Below, in pieces: positions 10,058 through 20,000 of a DNA stretch of 64,000 nt (position 1 is its first letter; the number at the start of each line of letters is the position of its first letter). Source of the stretch: an uncultured Chloroflexia bacterium. Its GTDB lineage: Bacteria; Chloroflexota; Dehalococcoidia; DSTF01; JALHUB01. The stretch is taken from the NCBI GenBank assembly GCA_963703345.1, contig OY969814.1, positions 1,888,001-1,952,000 of the forward strand, in the 5' to 3' direction. The notes under the pieces are model-generated. The model was given only the letters and a program-made list of their open reading frames with translations. It was not told the origin of the DNA and ran no database searches. The translations under genes were made by a program, and so were the position numbers.

Positions 10058-10537
10058 ATGGGTGAGAGAGGACCGCTGCCCAAGCCCTATACCCGCCGTC
10101 GCAATCGGCGCCAGACGAGCGGCAAGTCAGTCATCGTCTGCCGGCCGGCCATGCCGCGCGACCTCCCGCCAGAGGCGAAGGCCGAGTGGCGGCGGATCAT
10201 CGGGGAATTGGAGACAGCCGGGCTGGTCGCCACCATCGATAGAGCCGTCCTCATTCGCTACTGCACCGCCTGGTCCGACTGGGTAGAGCTGCAGGGACTG
10301 CTGGAGCGTTCGGGCAAGCTGCTTAAAGGGGCACGCGGGCACCTGGTACGCAACCCACTCTGGTTCATGAAGCAGGACGCCGAGCAGACTCTGGCGGAGT
10401 TGGGCCGACAACTGTGCCTGACACCTGTGGCGCGTCTGCGGGCCGGAATCGCGCACGAACGAGAGCCTGAGCATGAGACTCCGGGCTTAACGGCGATTGA
10501 AGAGTACCGGAAGGCGGTGCAAGGAGACAGACGATGA
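10058..10537 (+). CDS. terS: Phage terminase small subunit, P27 family (copy 2, divergent)
   Basis: MGERGPLPKP, AKAEWRR, YCTAWSDW, RNP, LCLTPVARLR. Confidence 0.88.
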   Translation: MGERGPLPKPYTRRRNRRQTSGKSVIVCRPAMPRDLPPEAKAEWRRIIGELETAGLVATIDRAVLIRYCTAWSDWVELQGLLERSGKLLKGARGHLVRNPLWFMKQDAEQTLAELGRQLCLTPVARLRAGIAHEREPEHETPGLTAIEEYRKAVQGDRR

Positions 10538-11763
10538 CCACCGCGACAGCCACAGTCGAAATCGAGAACGTAGACATTGATTCCCTGCACCCCGACCCGG
10601 CAAACCCGAGGCGCATTGGCAAAGAGGAGTTGGAGGCGCTGACGCGAAGCCTGCGTGAGTTCGGCTTCGTCCAGCCGGTGGTGGCGAGGAAAAGCGACAG
10701 CGTCGTCATCGGCGGCCACCAACGGCTCCTCGCCGCCCGCAAACTCGGCCTGACGACGGTACCGGTGATCTTCCTCGACCTCTCCGTCGAGCAGTCCCGC
10801 CTCCTCAACCTCGCCCTCAATCGCATCTCGGGCGAGTGGGACCAGGAGCTCCTGGCGAGGATGCTTGCCGAACTCAAGCCGGTCGAGGACATCGACCTCA
10901 GCCTCTCCGGTTTCACGGAGGAGGAGTTGGGAAAGCTATTGAAGTCGCTCGACGTGCGGGAGAAGCGCGAGCGGGTGGAGGCGTTCGACCTCGACGCGGC
11001 GTTGGAGGCCGCACAGGCCGCACACGTTGCCCAACGTGGCGATCTGTGGCGGCTGGGGGATCACCGCTTGCTCTGCGGTGACGCGACCGACGTGGGGGAC
11101 GTGTCGCGGTTACTCGGCGAGACAAGGGCGTCTATGGCCTTCACCGATCCGCCCTACAACGTCGGCCTGGGTGACCACGGCGGCCGGCAGCGGGGAAGCC
11201 GCCGGCGGCGCATCACCAACGATGCCCTGTCTCCCGAAGCGTGGGAGGCTTTCGTCCGGGCCTGGGCACAAAACCTCCTTCAGCACGTCGACGGCGCCCT
11301 CTACGTCTGCATGAGCACCAAGGAGTGGCCTCTCGTCTCCCGCGTCCTGGAGGAGGCCGGCGGCCACTGGTCGGACACCATCATCTGGGCGAAGGACCGC
11401 TTCGTCCTCGGCCGCGCCGACTACCAGAGGCAGTACGAGCCGATCTGGTACGGCTGGAGAGAGGGCGCCTCCCACCACTGGTGCGGCGACCGCGACCAGG
11501 GTGACGTCTGGAATATCTCCCGGCCGGCCGACTCCGAGCTCCACCCGACGATGAAGCCGCTGGAGTTGGTCGAGACGGCCCTTTCCAACAGCAGCCGGCC
11601 CGGGGACGCCGTCCTCGACCTCTTCCTCGGCTCCGGCACGACGCTCATCGCCGTGGAACGAACGGGGCGGATCTGCTTCGGCTTGGAGCTGGAGCCGGCG
11701 TACATCGACGTCGCAGTCCGGCGTTGGGAGGCGTTCAGCGGAGAAAGAGCGCAGAAAGAATGA
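10534..11763 (+). CDS. ParB-like domain + N6A/N4C DNA methyltransferase (phage type)
   Basis: N-terminal NPRR...IGGHQRL; FTDPPYN, HPTMKP, DLFLGSG. Confidence 0.92.
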   Translation: MTTATATVEIENVDIDSLHPDPANPRRIGKEELEALTRSLREFGFVQPVVARKSDSVVIGGHQRLLAARKLGLTTVPVIFLDLSVEQSRLLNLALNRISGEWDQELLARMLAELKPVEDIDLSLSGFTEEELGKLLKSLDVREKRERVEAFDLDAALEAAQAAHVAQRGDLWRLGDHRLLCGDATDVGDVSRLLGETRASMAFTDPPYNVGLGDHGGRQRGSRRRRITNDALSPEAWEAFVRAWAQNLLQHVDGALYVCMSTKEWPLVSRVLEEAGGHWSDTIIWAKDRFVLGRADYQRQYEPIWYGWREGASHHWCGDRDQGDVWNISRPADSELHPTMKPLELVETALSNSSRPGDAVLDLFLGSGTTLIAVERTGRICFGLELEPAYIDVAVRRWEAFSGERAQKE

Positions 11764-11844
11764 CGATTCGCTTGACTTCGTCGCGACTCAGAGTGATGTA
11801 TGTCCGCACCGGCAAGGGAGACCAACTCAGGAAAGGAGAAACGG

Positions 11845-12120
11845 ATGCCAACATTCAAGGTTCCTCAGGAGATGAAGAGCTTCTGGGGCGAGTTCTGGTG
11901 CGGGCCGGAGCAGATCCCGCAAGACGAGCCGACGCCGATCGCGCTTTACAAGCGGCACGGTCGGGACGAGATGGCGGCTCAGGTCGCGATCCTGGTGGTG
12001 GGCGACGAAGTCACCTACACCGTCTGCTCCCAGGGCAAGTGCGTCCGGACGCCGAGCAAGCTCCACGCTGCCGACCTGTGCCGCTGGCTCCGGTTCGGCG
12101 AGATCGAGTTCGTGGCCTGA
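11845..12120 (+). CDS. Hypothetical protein
   Basis: RBS AAGGAG before ATG 11845; coding-like codon bias. Confidence 0.65.
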   Translation: MPTFKVPQEMKSFWGEFWCGPEQIPQDEPTPIALYKRHGRDEMAAQVAILVVGDEVTYTVCSQGKCVRTPSKLHAADLCRWLRFGEIEFVA

Positions 12121-12153
12121 AAAGGGCCGTAGTAGAGAATCAGGAGGTTGAGA

Positions 12154-12642
12154 ATGCCCATCGACAACAGGAACCTGGAGGCCGGGACGCGCCTGGCCGC
12201 ACGCTACAAGGGGGCGACCCACACCTGCGAGGTGGTCCAGACCGAGGAGGGACTGCGCTACCGGCTGGCGGACGGCAGAGAGTTCAAGAGCCCCTCCTCG
12301 GCAGCAAGCGCTGTCATGGGCGGGATGGCGGCGAACGGCTGGCGCTTCTGGAGCCTTGCCGAGGAACTCGCGGAGAAGGCGGCAGCTCCCAAGAAGGAGC
12401 GCCAGAGCAAGAAGAACGGCCACGTGGAGCGCTTCCGCTGCCTGCACTGCCAGCGCATCCACAAGACGGAGAAGGCGGCCGCTTCCTGCCGCTGCGCCGG
12501 CGCCAAGGCTGCCCGCGAGAGCGCCGGCAAGAGCGACTACGAGGCGATCATGATCGACCCGATGAACGCGGTCGGCGAGCCGCCCGCACAGCCACAGGCT
12601 GCCGAGGTCGCGGCCCAGCCGGAGGGAGAGCAGGCCGAATAG
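12154..12642 (+). CDS. RAMA/DUF4357-like domain protein with C-terminal Zn finger
   Basis: DGREFKSPSSAASAV...NGWRFW signature; CLHC..H..C; RBS AGGAGG. Confidence 0.7.
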   Translation: MPIDNRNLEAGTRLAARYKGATHTCEVVQTEEGLRYRLADGREFKSPSSAASAVMGGMAANGWRFWSLAEELAEKAAAPKKERQSKKNGHVERFRCLHCQRIHKTEKAAASCRCAGAKAARESAGKSDYEAIMIDPMNAVGEPPAQPQAAEVAAQPEGEQAE

Positions 12643-12769
12643 ACGATAGCGGCCCTAGCAGAAGCAGCGGACCCGGTGAGGTCTGCTGCTCTCTCTTGTG
12701 TCTACGGGGAACGAACACTATGGCCCGATGGTGCCCGATAAGCTAGCCCCCGATAAGCAGAGCTTATGA

Positions 12770-13189
12770 ATGCTTATGTCTGAACGCACTTGCATGGCGA
12801 TCACTGAGAAGGGCAAGCCCTGCCGCCAGGCTCCCCTGCGGGGGCAGAGCTTCTGCTTCTGGCACTCGCCGGAGCACTCGCAAGAGGCGGCCGAAGCACG
12901 GAGGCTGGGAGGGCTGCGCCGGCGCAAGGAGAAGATAACCGGCGGCGTCTATGACTTCGAGGGTCTCGAGGACGTGCCCAAGATCCGTCGCCTACTAGAG
13001 ATAGCGGCGGTGGATACGCTAACCCTCGAGTCTTCCATCGCCCGCTCCCGGACGCTGGCCTACCTCGTCCAGATGGCGTTGAAGTGCCTTGAGGTGGGTG
13101 AGGTGGAGAGCAGGCTGAGCGTCCTGGAGGGCTACTTCGAGGAGTGGAAGGGGAAGACGCATGATACCCATGCGGGTCAGACGGCTTGA
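12770..13189 (+). CDS. Hypothetical mobile-element protein with N-terminal C-C-C-H motif
   Basis: CMAITEKGKPCRQAP...FCFWH followed by GGLRRR. Confidence 0.65.
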   Translation: MLMSERTCMAITEKGKPCRQAPLRGQSFCFWHSPEHSQEAAEARRLGGLRRRKEKITGGVYDFEGLEDVPKIRRLLEIAAVDTLTLESSIARSRTLAYLVQMALKCLEVGEVESRLSVLEGYFEEWKGKTHDTHAGQTA

Positions 13190-13397
13190 GCGGGCGACGG
13201 CGGAGACACTGCAGGAGGCACGCCGAGATATCACGGTAGAACTACTCAACAGTGTCATCCCGCCCGTCTGCACACTGTTTCTGGAAGTCAATGATGAGCC
13301 AGATCCGCAGGAGCGAATAGACCGCTTCGCGCAGGGCTTCGACAAGATTGTCAACGCGTACCTCGGACCGCAATCGGACGGGCACGGGGGAAGATGA
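13161..13397 (+). CDS. Hypothetical protein
   Basis: Overlapping operon-like arrangement with neighbours. Confidence 0.5.
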   Translation: MIPMRVRRLERATAETLQEARRDITVELLNSVIPPVCTLFLEVNDEPDPQERIDRFAQGFDKIVNAYLGPQSDGHGGR

Positions 13398-13732
13398 CCA
13401 ACAGCAGGAGTCGTCTCGGTAGGCTTGAGCGGACTCTTGACCTGGAGCTGGAGGCGAGGGCACGCCGCGTGCTCGGGCTGCGACACTCCGTCGCGTGGAC
13501 GGATTTTGCGCGGGAGTACTGGCAAGTAGCCGGGCGAATGGCTGCCATCCAGAGAAAGCCCGCGCATTCTGAGACGCGCCGAGAAGGGCCAGCTGGTCTA
13601 CAGGCGGAGGTCCGAATGCTGGCAGAGGAGATGGGATTGGACTTCGAGGAACTGATAGGCGAAGCCGAACGAATCACTGCCCAGAGCGAACTCGACCCGC
13701 AAGCCACCAGATGGCTTCTGTCCCGCCTGTGA
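13394..13732 (+). CDS. Hypothetical protein
   Basis: ATGA overlap with the previous ORF; helical RLGRLE N-terminus. Confidence 0.55.
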   Translation: MTNSRSRLGRLERTLDLELEARARRVLGLRHSVAWTDFAREYWQVAGRMAAIQRKPAHSETRREGPAGLQAEVRMLAEEMGLDFEELIGEAERITAQSELDPQATRWLLSRL

Positions 13733-13777
13733 CCTCCGGCGCTGCCCCGCGGAGGACGATGCCGATCGCCGCCCTCA

Positions 13778-13786
13778 TGCTATAAT
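13778..13786 (+). promoter_or_regulatory. Extended -10 promoter (TGcTATAAT)
   Basis: Perfect TGnTATAAT about 50 bp before ATG 13837. Confidence 0.55.
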
Positions 13787-13836
13787 CCCCCCGGTTCGTC
13801 GGCCGAACGGACCAACAGTCGGCAGGGAGACAACGG

Positions 13837-14628
13837 ATGTCGACGCGCCTTTAGGTCACGGCTTGCCTGGCTGCGCTCACGGTCGTTATGTCGAGTGGCT
13901 GTGGCGGCACCACGACGTTTGGCCCGACGCGCTCGCCTACTGCTGCGCGTACGACAGTCCCAGCGTCACCCACGGTGTTCCCGCCCCTCACTTCGACACC
14001 GCTGCCAGCCACCACCACTCCGGCGGCAGCGACTCCACCCTCGTCCACATCCACCTGCGTCTCAAAAGACGGCCTCCCCGACCGCAGCTGCACTCCCGGC
14101 GCCGTCAACCCTCGCGTCACTCAGGACAACATCCACCAGACGATCTGCGTCTCCGGCTACACCACGACGGTCCGACCACCGACCTCGTATACGACTCCGC
14201 TGAAAGTCAAACAGATGGCGGCGTACGGCTGGACCGGGACGACCGCAGACTACGAAGAGGACCACCTCATCCCGCTGGAGGTTGGCGGGAACCCGACAGA
14301 CCCGAACAACCTGTGGCCGGAGCCGTATGCCGAGCCGAACGGGGCCAGGGACAAGGACAAGGTCGAGAACTCTCTGCACGACAGGGTGTGCAGCGGGCAG
14401 ATGACGCTGGCGGACGCGCAGGGCCTGATAGCGACGAACTGGGAGGCGGTGAGCGCCGGCGGAACAACAGGGGAGAGCATCCCGGCGCCGCCTCCCCCTG
14501 CCGCGGTGGATACGCCCACCCAGGGCTGCTGCAAGTACTGCACCACGGGCAAGGCCTGCGGCGACGGTTGCATCTCCAAGAACTACACCTGCCACCAGCC
14601 GCCCGGCTGCGCCTGCAACGCCTACTAA
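13837..14628 (+). pseudogene. Lipoprotein with HNH-like domain and Cys-rich tail; in-frame TAG in the signal peptide
   Basis: MSTRL*VTACLAALTVVMSSGC; EEDHLIPLEVGG..D..NLW; CCKYCTTGKACGDGCI. TAG at 13852-13854. Confidence 0.7.
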
Positions 14629-14705
14629 CCCACTTCAGGCTAGACGGATTTGGCCAGAGGAGGTAACCGGTTGCGCGTCCGCTGCCGCCGGCTCAGACTC
14701 AGATC

Positions 14706-15041
14706 ATGAGAATGACGCGGATTCAGCGGGAGAAACGGACGGTGAGCGCTATGATAGCGCTGTACTGTCAGGCTCATCATCCAGCAGCCGACACGCCCTG
14801 CGCCGAGTGTCGGACGCTTCAGGACTACGCGCTCGCCCGCCTCGACCGCTGCCCGTTCGCTGACAATAAGCCTACCTGCGCCAGGTGCCCGGTCCACTGC
14901 TATAAACCCGACATGAGAGCGCGGATCAGGGACGTGATGCGCTATGCCGGCCCTCGCATGCTAGCTCGCCATCCTCTGCTCGCGGCGATGCACCAAATCG
15001 ACTCGCTGGGACGAAGCGGCGTGTCGAGGACCAGACACTAA
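14706..15041 (+). CDS. Nitrous oxide-stimulated promoter (YgbA) family protein
   Basis: REKRTV..MI.LYC, RLDRCP, KPTCARCPVHCY, MRYAGPRM. Confidence 0.9.
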   Translation: MRMTRIQREKRTVSAMIALYCQAHHPAADTPCAECRTLQDYALARLDRCPFADNKPTCARCPVHCYKPDMRARIRDVMRYAGPRMLARHPLLAAMHQIDSLGRSGVSRTRH

Positions 15042-15457
15042 GTCCCCGTCGTGACCGCTATGGAACAATCCGGAGGTCGCTTCGAACCTCTCACAGCCCT
15101 CCAGACGGCTCTTCTGAATCTGAATTTGGTCTCTCCTGCTTCTACACCTGTGTTCAAAGGCCATGTTTGAGATCTCCAACCCCGCAGGACAGCTCATGGA
15201 ATTGGAGCGATGCCGGGACTACGATATTGACCCCTTAATACTGCACCAGACCACGCCAGGAAAGGCGCCTGAACCACCAGCCGCAATCGCCGCCTACCTC
15301 CGAGACTAGACTGACCTATCCTGTACCTCTTGCGGTCGTATAATATGTCTTACACATGCACGATTCTTCCGATATAACAGCGCTCGGCCGGTAATATATA
15401 TTCCGCAGGATAACCTCTTCTGAGAAAGATAACGATAGTACATACAAAGGAGCTTCA

Positions 15458-16567
15458 ATGATCAAATCGAGACTGTGTGACCTGATCGGAATCAAGTATC
15501 CCATCATCCAGGCAGGGATGGGACCTTTCAGCAACAACAATCTGGCAGTTGCTGCGGCCAACGCGGGCGTCCTGGGGCTGCTTTCCACCAGCGGTGTCTT
15601 TAACAAGGATACCCAGCCCTGGGTTTACAAAGACTTCGTAAACACTGCCGGCGCAGACTACGACGATGACATGCCGACTGTCATCGAAAAGGTGCTGAAA
15701 CGGACCTACAACCTGGTCAAGGACAAGGGCGGCATTTTCGGCATCAACGTGATGGTCTCGGCGGAGGTCCTCGATCGCTCACGCGTCATAGTCAACACAG
15801 CCATAAAGGTGTGTCAGGAGAACCCGGACATCAAGAAGCATTTTAAGGTCATCTTCACGTCAGCCGGTGACCCCATGGGCTGGAAGGACAAGATCAAGGG
15901 AGCGGGGTTCACCTGGATACACGTTGTCCCGTCGGTCAAGGCAGCTTTGCGCTGCAAGAAGGCAGGAGTAGACGTTATCGTAGCTTCCGGCCATGAAGGA
16001 GGTTTCCACATTTCCTGGGAGCCGGTACACTCCATGATCCTGCTTCCCGCGGTGGTGGAAACGGTGTCCGACGAGAATACGCTGGTTGTCGGCGCCGGCG
16101 GGTACTCCGACGGCAAGACCCTCGCGGCTGCGCTCGTCATGGGCGCAGACGGCGCGCAGATGGGCACGCGCTTCCTGGCCACGCAGGAGAGCGACTTCCA
16201 CCAGATCTGGAAGGAAGAAGTTGTGGCCGCCGGTGACAGAGCAACGCTCGTGGCGCGCGGTGTTGTCGGCCCTGCCCGCTGGCTGAAGACGCCCCGCAGT
16301 GTCGAACATGCCGCCAGCACCCTTAAGAAATCGCCGGGCGTCTTCCTCGGCACTCCTGATGACTACAGCACAATGGACATGTCCCTGCTCGATTACGAAA
16401 TTGAATCAATCAAAGCTGTCTTCGAGGGCAACAAGGAAAAGGCGATGATGGCTGCCGGGGAAGTGGCGCAGCGCATCAAGGACATGCCTAAAGTCAACGA
16501 TATGGTGCAGGAGATCGTCACGGAGGCCGAGACCATCCTGAGAAACGTTCCCAAGCTGCTGGCCTAG
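15458..16567 (+). CDS. Nitronate monooxygenase / FabK-like flavoprotein
   Basis: IKYPIIQAGMG, GHEGGFH, GADGAQMGTRF, AGEVAQRI. Confidence 0.9.
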   Translation: MIKSRLCDLIGIKYPIIQAGMGPFSNNNLAVAAANAGVLGLLSTSGVFNKDTQPWVYKDFVNTAGADYDDDMPTVIEKVLKRTYNLVKDKGGIFGINVMVSAEVLDRSRVIVNTAIKVCQENPDIKKHFKVIFTSAGDPMGWKDKIKGAGFTWIHVVPSVKAALRCKKAGVDVIVASGHEGGFHISWEPVHSMILLPAVVETVSDENTLVVGAGGYSDGKTLAAALVMGADGAQMGTRFLATQESDFHQIWKEEVVAAGDRATLVARGVVGPARWLKTPRSVEHAASTLKKSPGVFLGTPDDYSTMDMSLLDYEIESIKAVFEGNKEKAMMAAGEVAQRIKDMPKVNDMVQEIVTEAETILRNVPKLLA

Positions 16568-16596
16568 CCTGTCAAGCCAGGTTGTCCTGGTAGAAA

Positions 16597-16624
16597 AAAG
16601 CCGGCGGCCTGTGCCGCCGGCTTT
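16597..16624. terminator. Intrinsic terminator hairpin
   Basis: aaagccggcggc-ctgt-gccgccggcttt with A/T tracts on both sides. Confidence 0.75.
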
Positions 16625-16684
16625 ATTGAAAGACAAGACCGCCATCGTGGCCGGGGGTGGCTTGCCTGGGCATCCCGGACCACT

Positions 16685-16851
16685 TAGAATCCTCTCGTCA
16701 GATGCCACGCGGGCAAGGCCGCGGGATTCGGCCTCGTTGAGCACCATCTGACCCTTCCCCAAGATTCGGCGGGCAGCGCTGAGTGCGGGCCGAACGGCTC
16801 GCGGACTTTTAATCCGGGAGTCGAGGGTTCGAATCCCTCACGGCCCTCCCA
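16685..16851 (+). repeat. Lys-type repeat 1: ~115-bp arm + tRNA-Lys(TTT) 3' half
   Basis: cggaCTTTTAAtccgggagtcgagggTTCGAATccctcacggccctcc; arm shared with 20762 and 22627. Confidence 0.85.
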
Positions 16852-17044
16852 GCCGTCGCAGCCGTCGCATTCGTCGTCATCGTCAAGCGCGCGTGCGCCG
16901 ACCGGGGAATGCCTCTCAAGTTCGGCCAGCCCGTTCACGCGAGCATCCCCACACGATAGCCAGAACCGACCCTGAGACCCAGCCTCCGCACTCATGCGCG
17001 GTCGATTGGCCTCAAATCTGCGCGGTTCGCGGCCTACCCGGGCG

Positions 17045-20000
17045 CTACGCGGCCCGCCGTCTTCTAACGTACCAGAGACCAGCACCGACAGTGATCGCGC
17101 CTACTGCTCCCGCAGCCATTTCCGCCCAAGGGACGTAATCGGTTGCCGAAGAAGGTTCTGTTGCTTCAGGCGACCCCGGCGCTATATCCGGTGGCTCCGC
17201 AATCCCCCCGACAGCGCCGGAAACGCGCACGGGTGTGGGGGTAGGCGTCGGGGTGGGTGTTGGCACTGAGCCTGCACAAGTCCGCTGGTACCGTCCGGAA
17301 ACGAACTGCAGATCCTTGATGTCGATGTCATAGTCACCGGTCGCCGGCTCAAGGTCAAACCAGATGTTGTACGGCCACTGGCCAAGGCTCGAGCCGTAGC
17401 GCCCGGACCCCGCTTGCTCGTCTATCACGTTGACCTGGCAATCCTTGTTTACGTCGCCTTCCAGCGCCCGCACAAGAATGGTCGACCCGCTGACCTGATC
17501 GATGAGAATGGGATTCCGCAGCACGTCGCTCAGTTCCGCGCCACTCTGGGTGACGTTGGTCAGCATCCCGTTGCCCAACGTCGGCCGAATCGTCACAGTG
17601 GGTGTAAGCGTCAGATAGGCGAGCACGCCCGGCCCTGTGGGCCCCGGCTGACTACCCGTGGATGTGCAAGCTATACTAAGCGAGCTCTCCGTCTGGTCCT
17701 GCCGGCATTGCGTCTGGCGCCCGGTGCTGGCCAGGAACGGGCCTTCGCTCGCGCTAGCGCTGACGACATTCCTATCGTAATAGACTGTGAATTCAAAGCC
17801 ACCGACCTGAGTGCCCGCCGGCACGTTGGCGACCTCATCGGCCAACACGAGCTTCCCTTCACCGTCATGCGTGCAATCTGTCGGGCCCCCGCTGCACTGC
17901 CACAAGTTTGCGCTGCTCGGACTTATCGACAGAACGATTGGGTCCGCCGCCGTCGCAGCGGAAGGAGTCTGGACACGGGCGGCCAAGACAAGCCATAAGC
18001 CGAACACGCCCGTGACAGTGAGAGCGAATGCCGCCGGTATGCGAACCCGCCCCCTTCGCCTGACGACGGCGCCGCTGAGCGCGGCGCGACAACCGCGGAG
18101 CAGTTGTCTGAATCCCCGTTCCGCGCGCATCATCGCGTCCTTCGCAAGAACGATTTCATTCGAACCAGCGCCTCTTGGCTGTTTCGGAGCGCGCCCCTTA
18201 ATCCGTTTCTTGCTTCTCTTACGCCCGGTCGGACGCACCAGAAGTCCGGCCATTCCCGTTAGCAACACGGCAACGGCTGCGTATCGGGGCGCCACCTTCG
18301 ACGCGGGGGGAACCGACCCTGTGGCGGATACGGAAACTGATCCCCCTGCAGCCTTAGCGCTGATAGTGTTGCCGAAAGGATCGGCGAGCGCGTACGCGGG
18401 GAGGTCGAGCGAGCTTGTCCCCAGCGCCAGCGCTCGGAAAGTGATCTCCGCCAGAAGGCCGGTTCCGCTGGCGCCCGGCGCGCTACCGCTGCTTACGCAA
18501 CCGAAGCGGACCTGCCTATCGCTCACCGTCGGGGTTGGGCAGAACACGCCACGTCTGGTGCTGCCGAGAAAAGTCCCATTGCTTATGCCCGAGAGTATCA
18601 GGATATTCGGGTCGAATTGGACCGTAAAGTCGTATGCGGCGACGTTCGAGACGTCACGCGCCATCACGTCCACCACGAAGTAGTCGCCCACCCTCACGGA
18701 CTGTGAGGGCGGATCGATCAGGACAGCCGGAACATTAGGAGCGAGTGTTGGCGTCGGAGTAGGCGGCTCGTTGCCGGCCGTCGCCGTGCTCGTCGGCGTT
18801 TGACTGGGCCCGGGCGTGTACGTCTCCGTCGGAAGAGGCGTGTCCGTCGGCGTCGGCGCCGGTCCAATCGTTACGGACGCCTGTCCACCGATGCTGACCG
18901 CAATGGTTCCTGCCATTGGATTGGTCAGAATGGCCTTCTCTACGGTGACCTGCGTGTCTCCAGTCTGGAGCGGGACGAAAGTGAGAATGGACAGGACGCC
19001 GCTGCCGCTTGCCCCTGCCGGTTCGGGCCCGAGCGTGAGGCAGACCGTACGTACTTTGGTGCCAAAGATATCCGGGGGCAGACAGCTTGGACCCCGGCCG
19101 CTGCTACCCAGGAAAGGACCGTTCTTCACGCTTGCGACCTGGAGAAACGCTGGATCGAAGTCGAGCGTCAACTCATATGCTCCAAGGTCTGTTACGCCGT
19201 CCACCGTGGCATTGACGCTAAACGGAACGCTTACATTTGCTTGCTGCCAAGCCGGCGCCACGCTGATCGTGACCGCGCCGCCCACCGGTGTGTTAGTCGG
19301 CGTTGGCGCGGCCGGCCCCGGCGTCCAGGTTGCCCTTGGCGTGAGTGTCGCCGTCGGCGTTGGGCTCGGCCCGACCGTGAAAGTCGCCGTGGGCGGGACC
19401 GTCTCCGTCGCCGTTGGTGTATCGGTCGGTGTAGGCGACGGCCCGTAAGTCGGCGTCGGCGCCGGCTGGACAACGACCGATGCGCCGAGGAGCGCATCCG
19501 TCGGAATGACAGTGGCCTGAATGTCTGTCAGGACGAAGTCGCTCAGATTCATCAGGCCGATGCCTTCGCGGATGGCGGAAAAAGTGATTGTCGCAAGCAC
19601 GCCGTTGCCGTCGGGACCGGGAGGATGCGTGCCCAACGTGCGACAGACAAGCCGCACCGAGTTGCCCGTCGGACTCGGAGTCGCAGCGTCACAGCTCACA
19701 CTGCGCCCCGTGCTCCCGAGGAAAGGGCCGTACTTAGCGCCGACGAACGAAGCGATAACCGGATCGAACTGAATGCTTGCCTGGAAGGCGCCAAGATCGG
19801 CCACGTTGTTGACCATAAGGTCGATGCTAAAATCGCTGCCGTTAAACGCCGTCTGCCCCGCCGGACGAAGGCAAGCGACCACGCCCGCAGGTGCGCCTTC
19901 GCACGTCGGGCCCGGCGTTGGCGACGGCGTGGGCACGACAGGGGTTGACGTCGGCCGCGGCGTCGGAAAGCCGATAGTGACTTGCCCATTTTCCGCCACC

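Noticed and set aside
11724-12746. 340-aa ORF and many other long overlapping or antisense ORFs in the track (e.g. 58802..60124, 57006..58268)
   Set aside because: Shadow frames of GC-rich genes, Arg/Pro/Gly-rich and without motifs or RBS.
9380-13732. Complete prophage
   Set aside because: No large terminase, portal, capsid, tail or lysis gene was recognised in the element.
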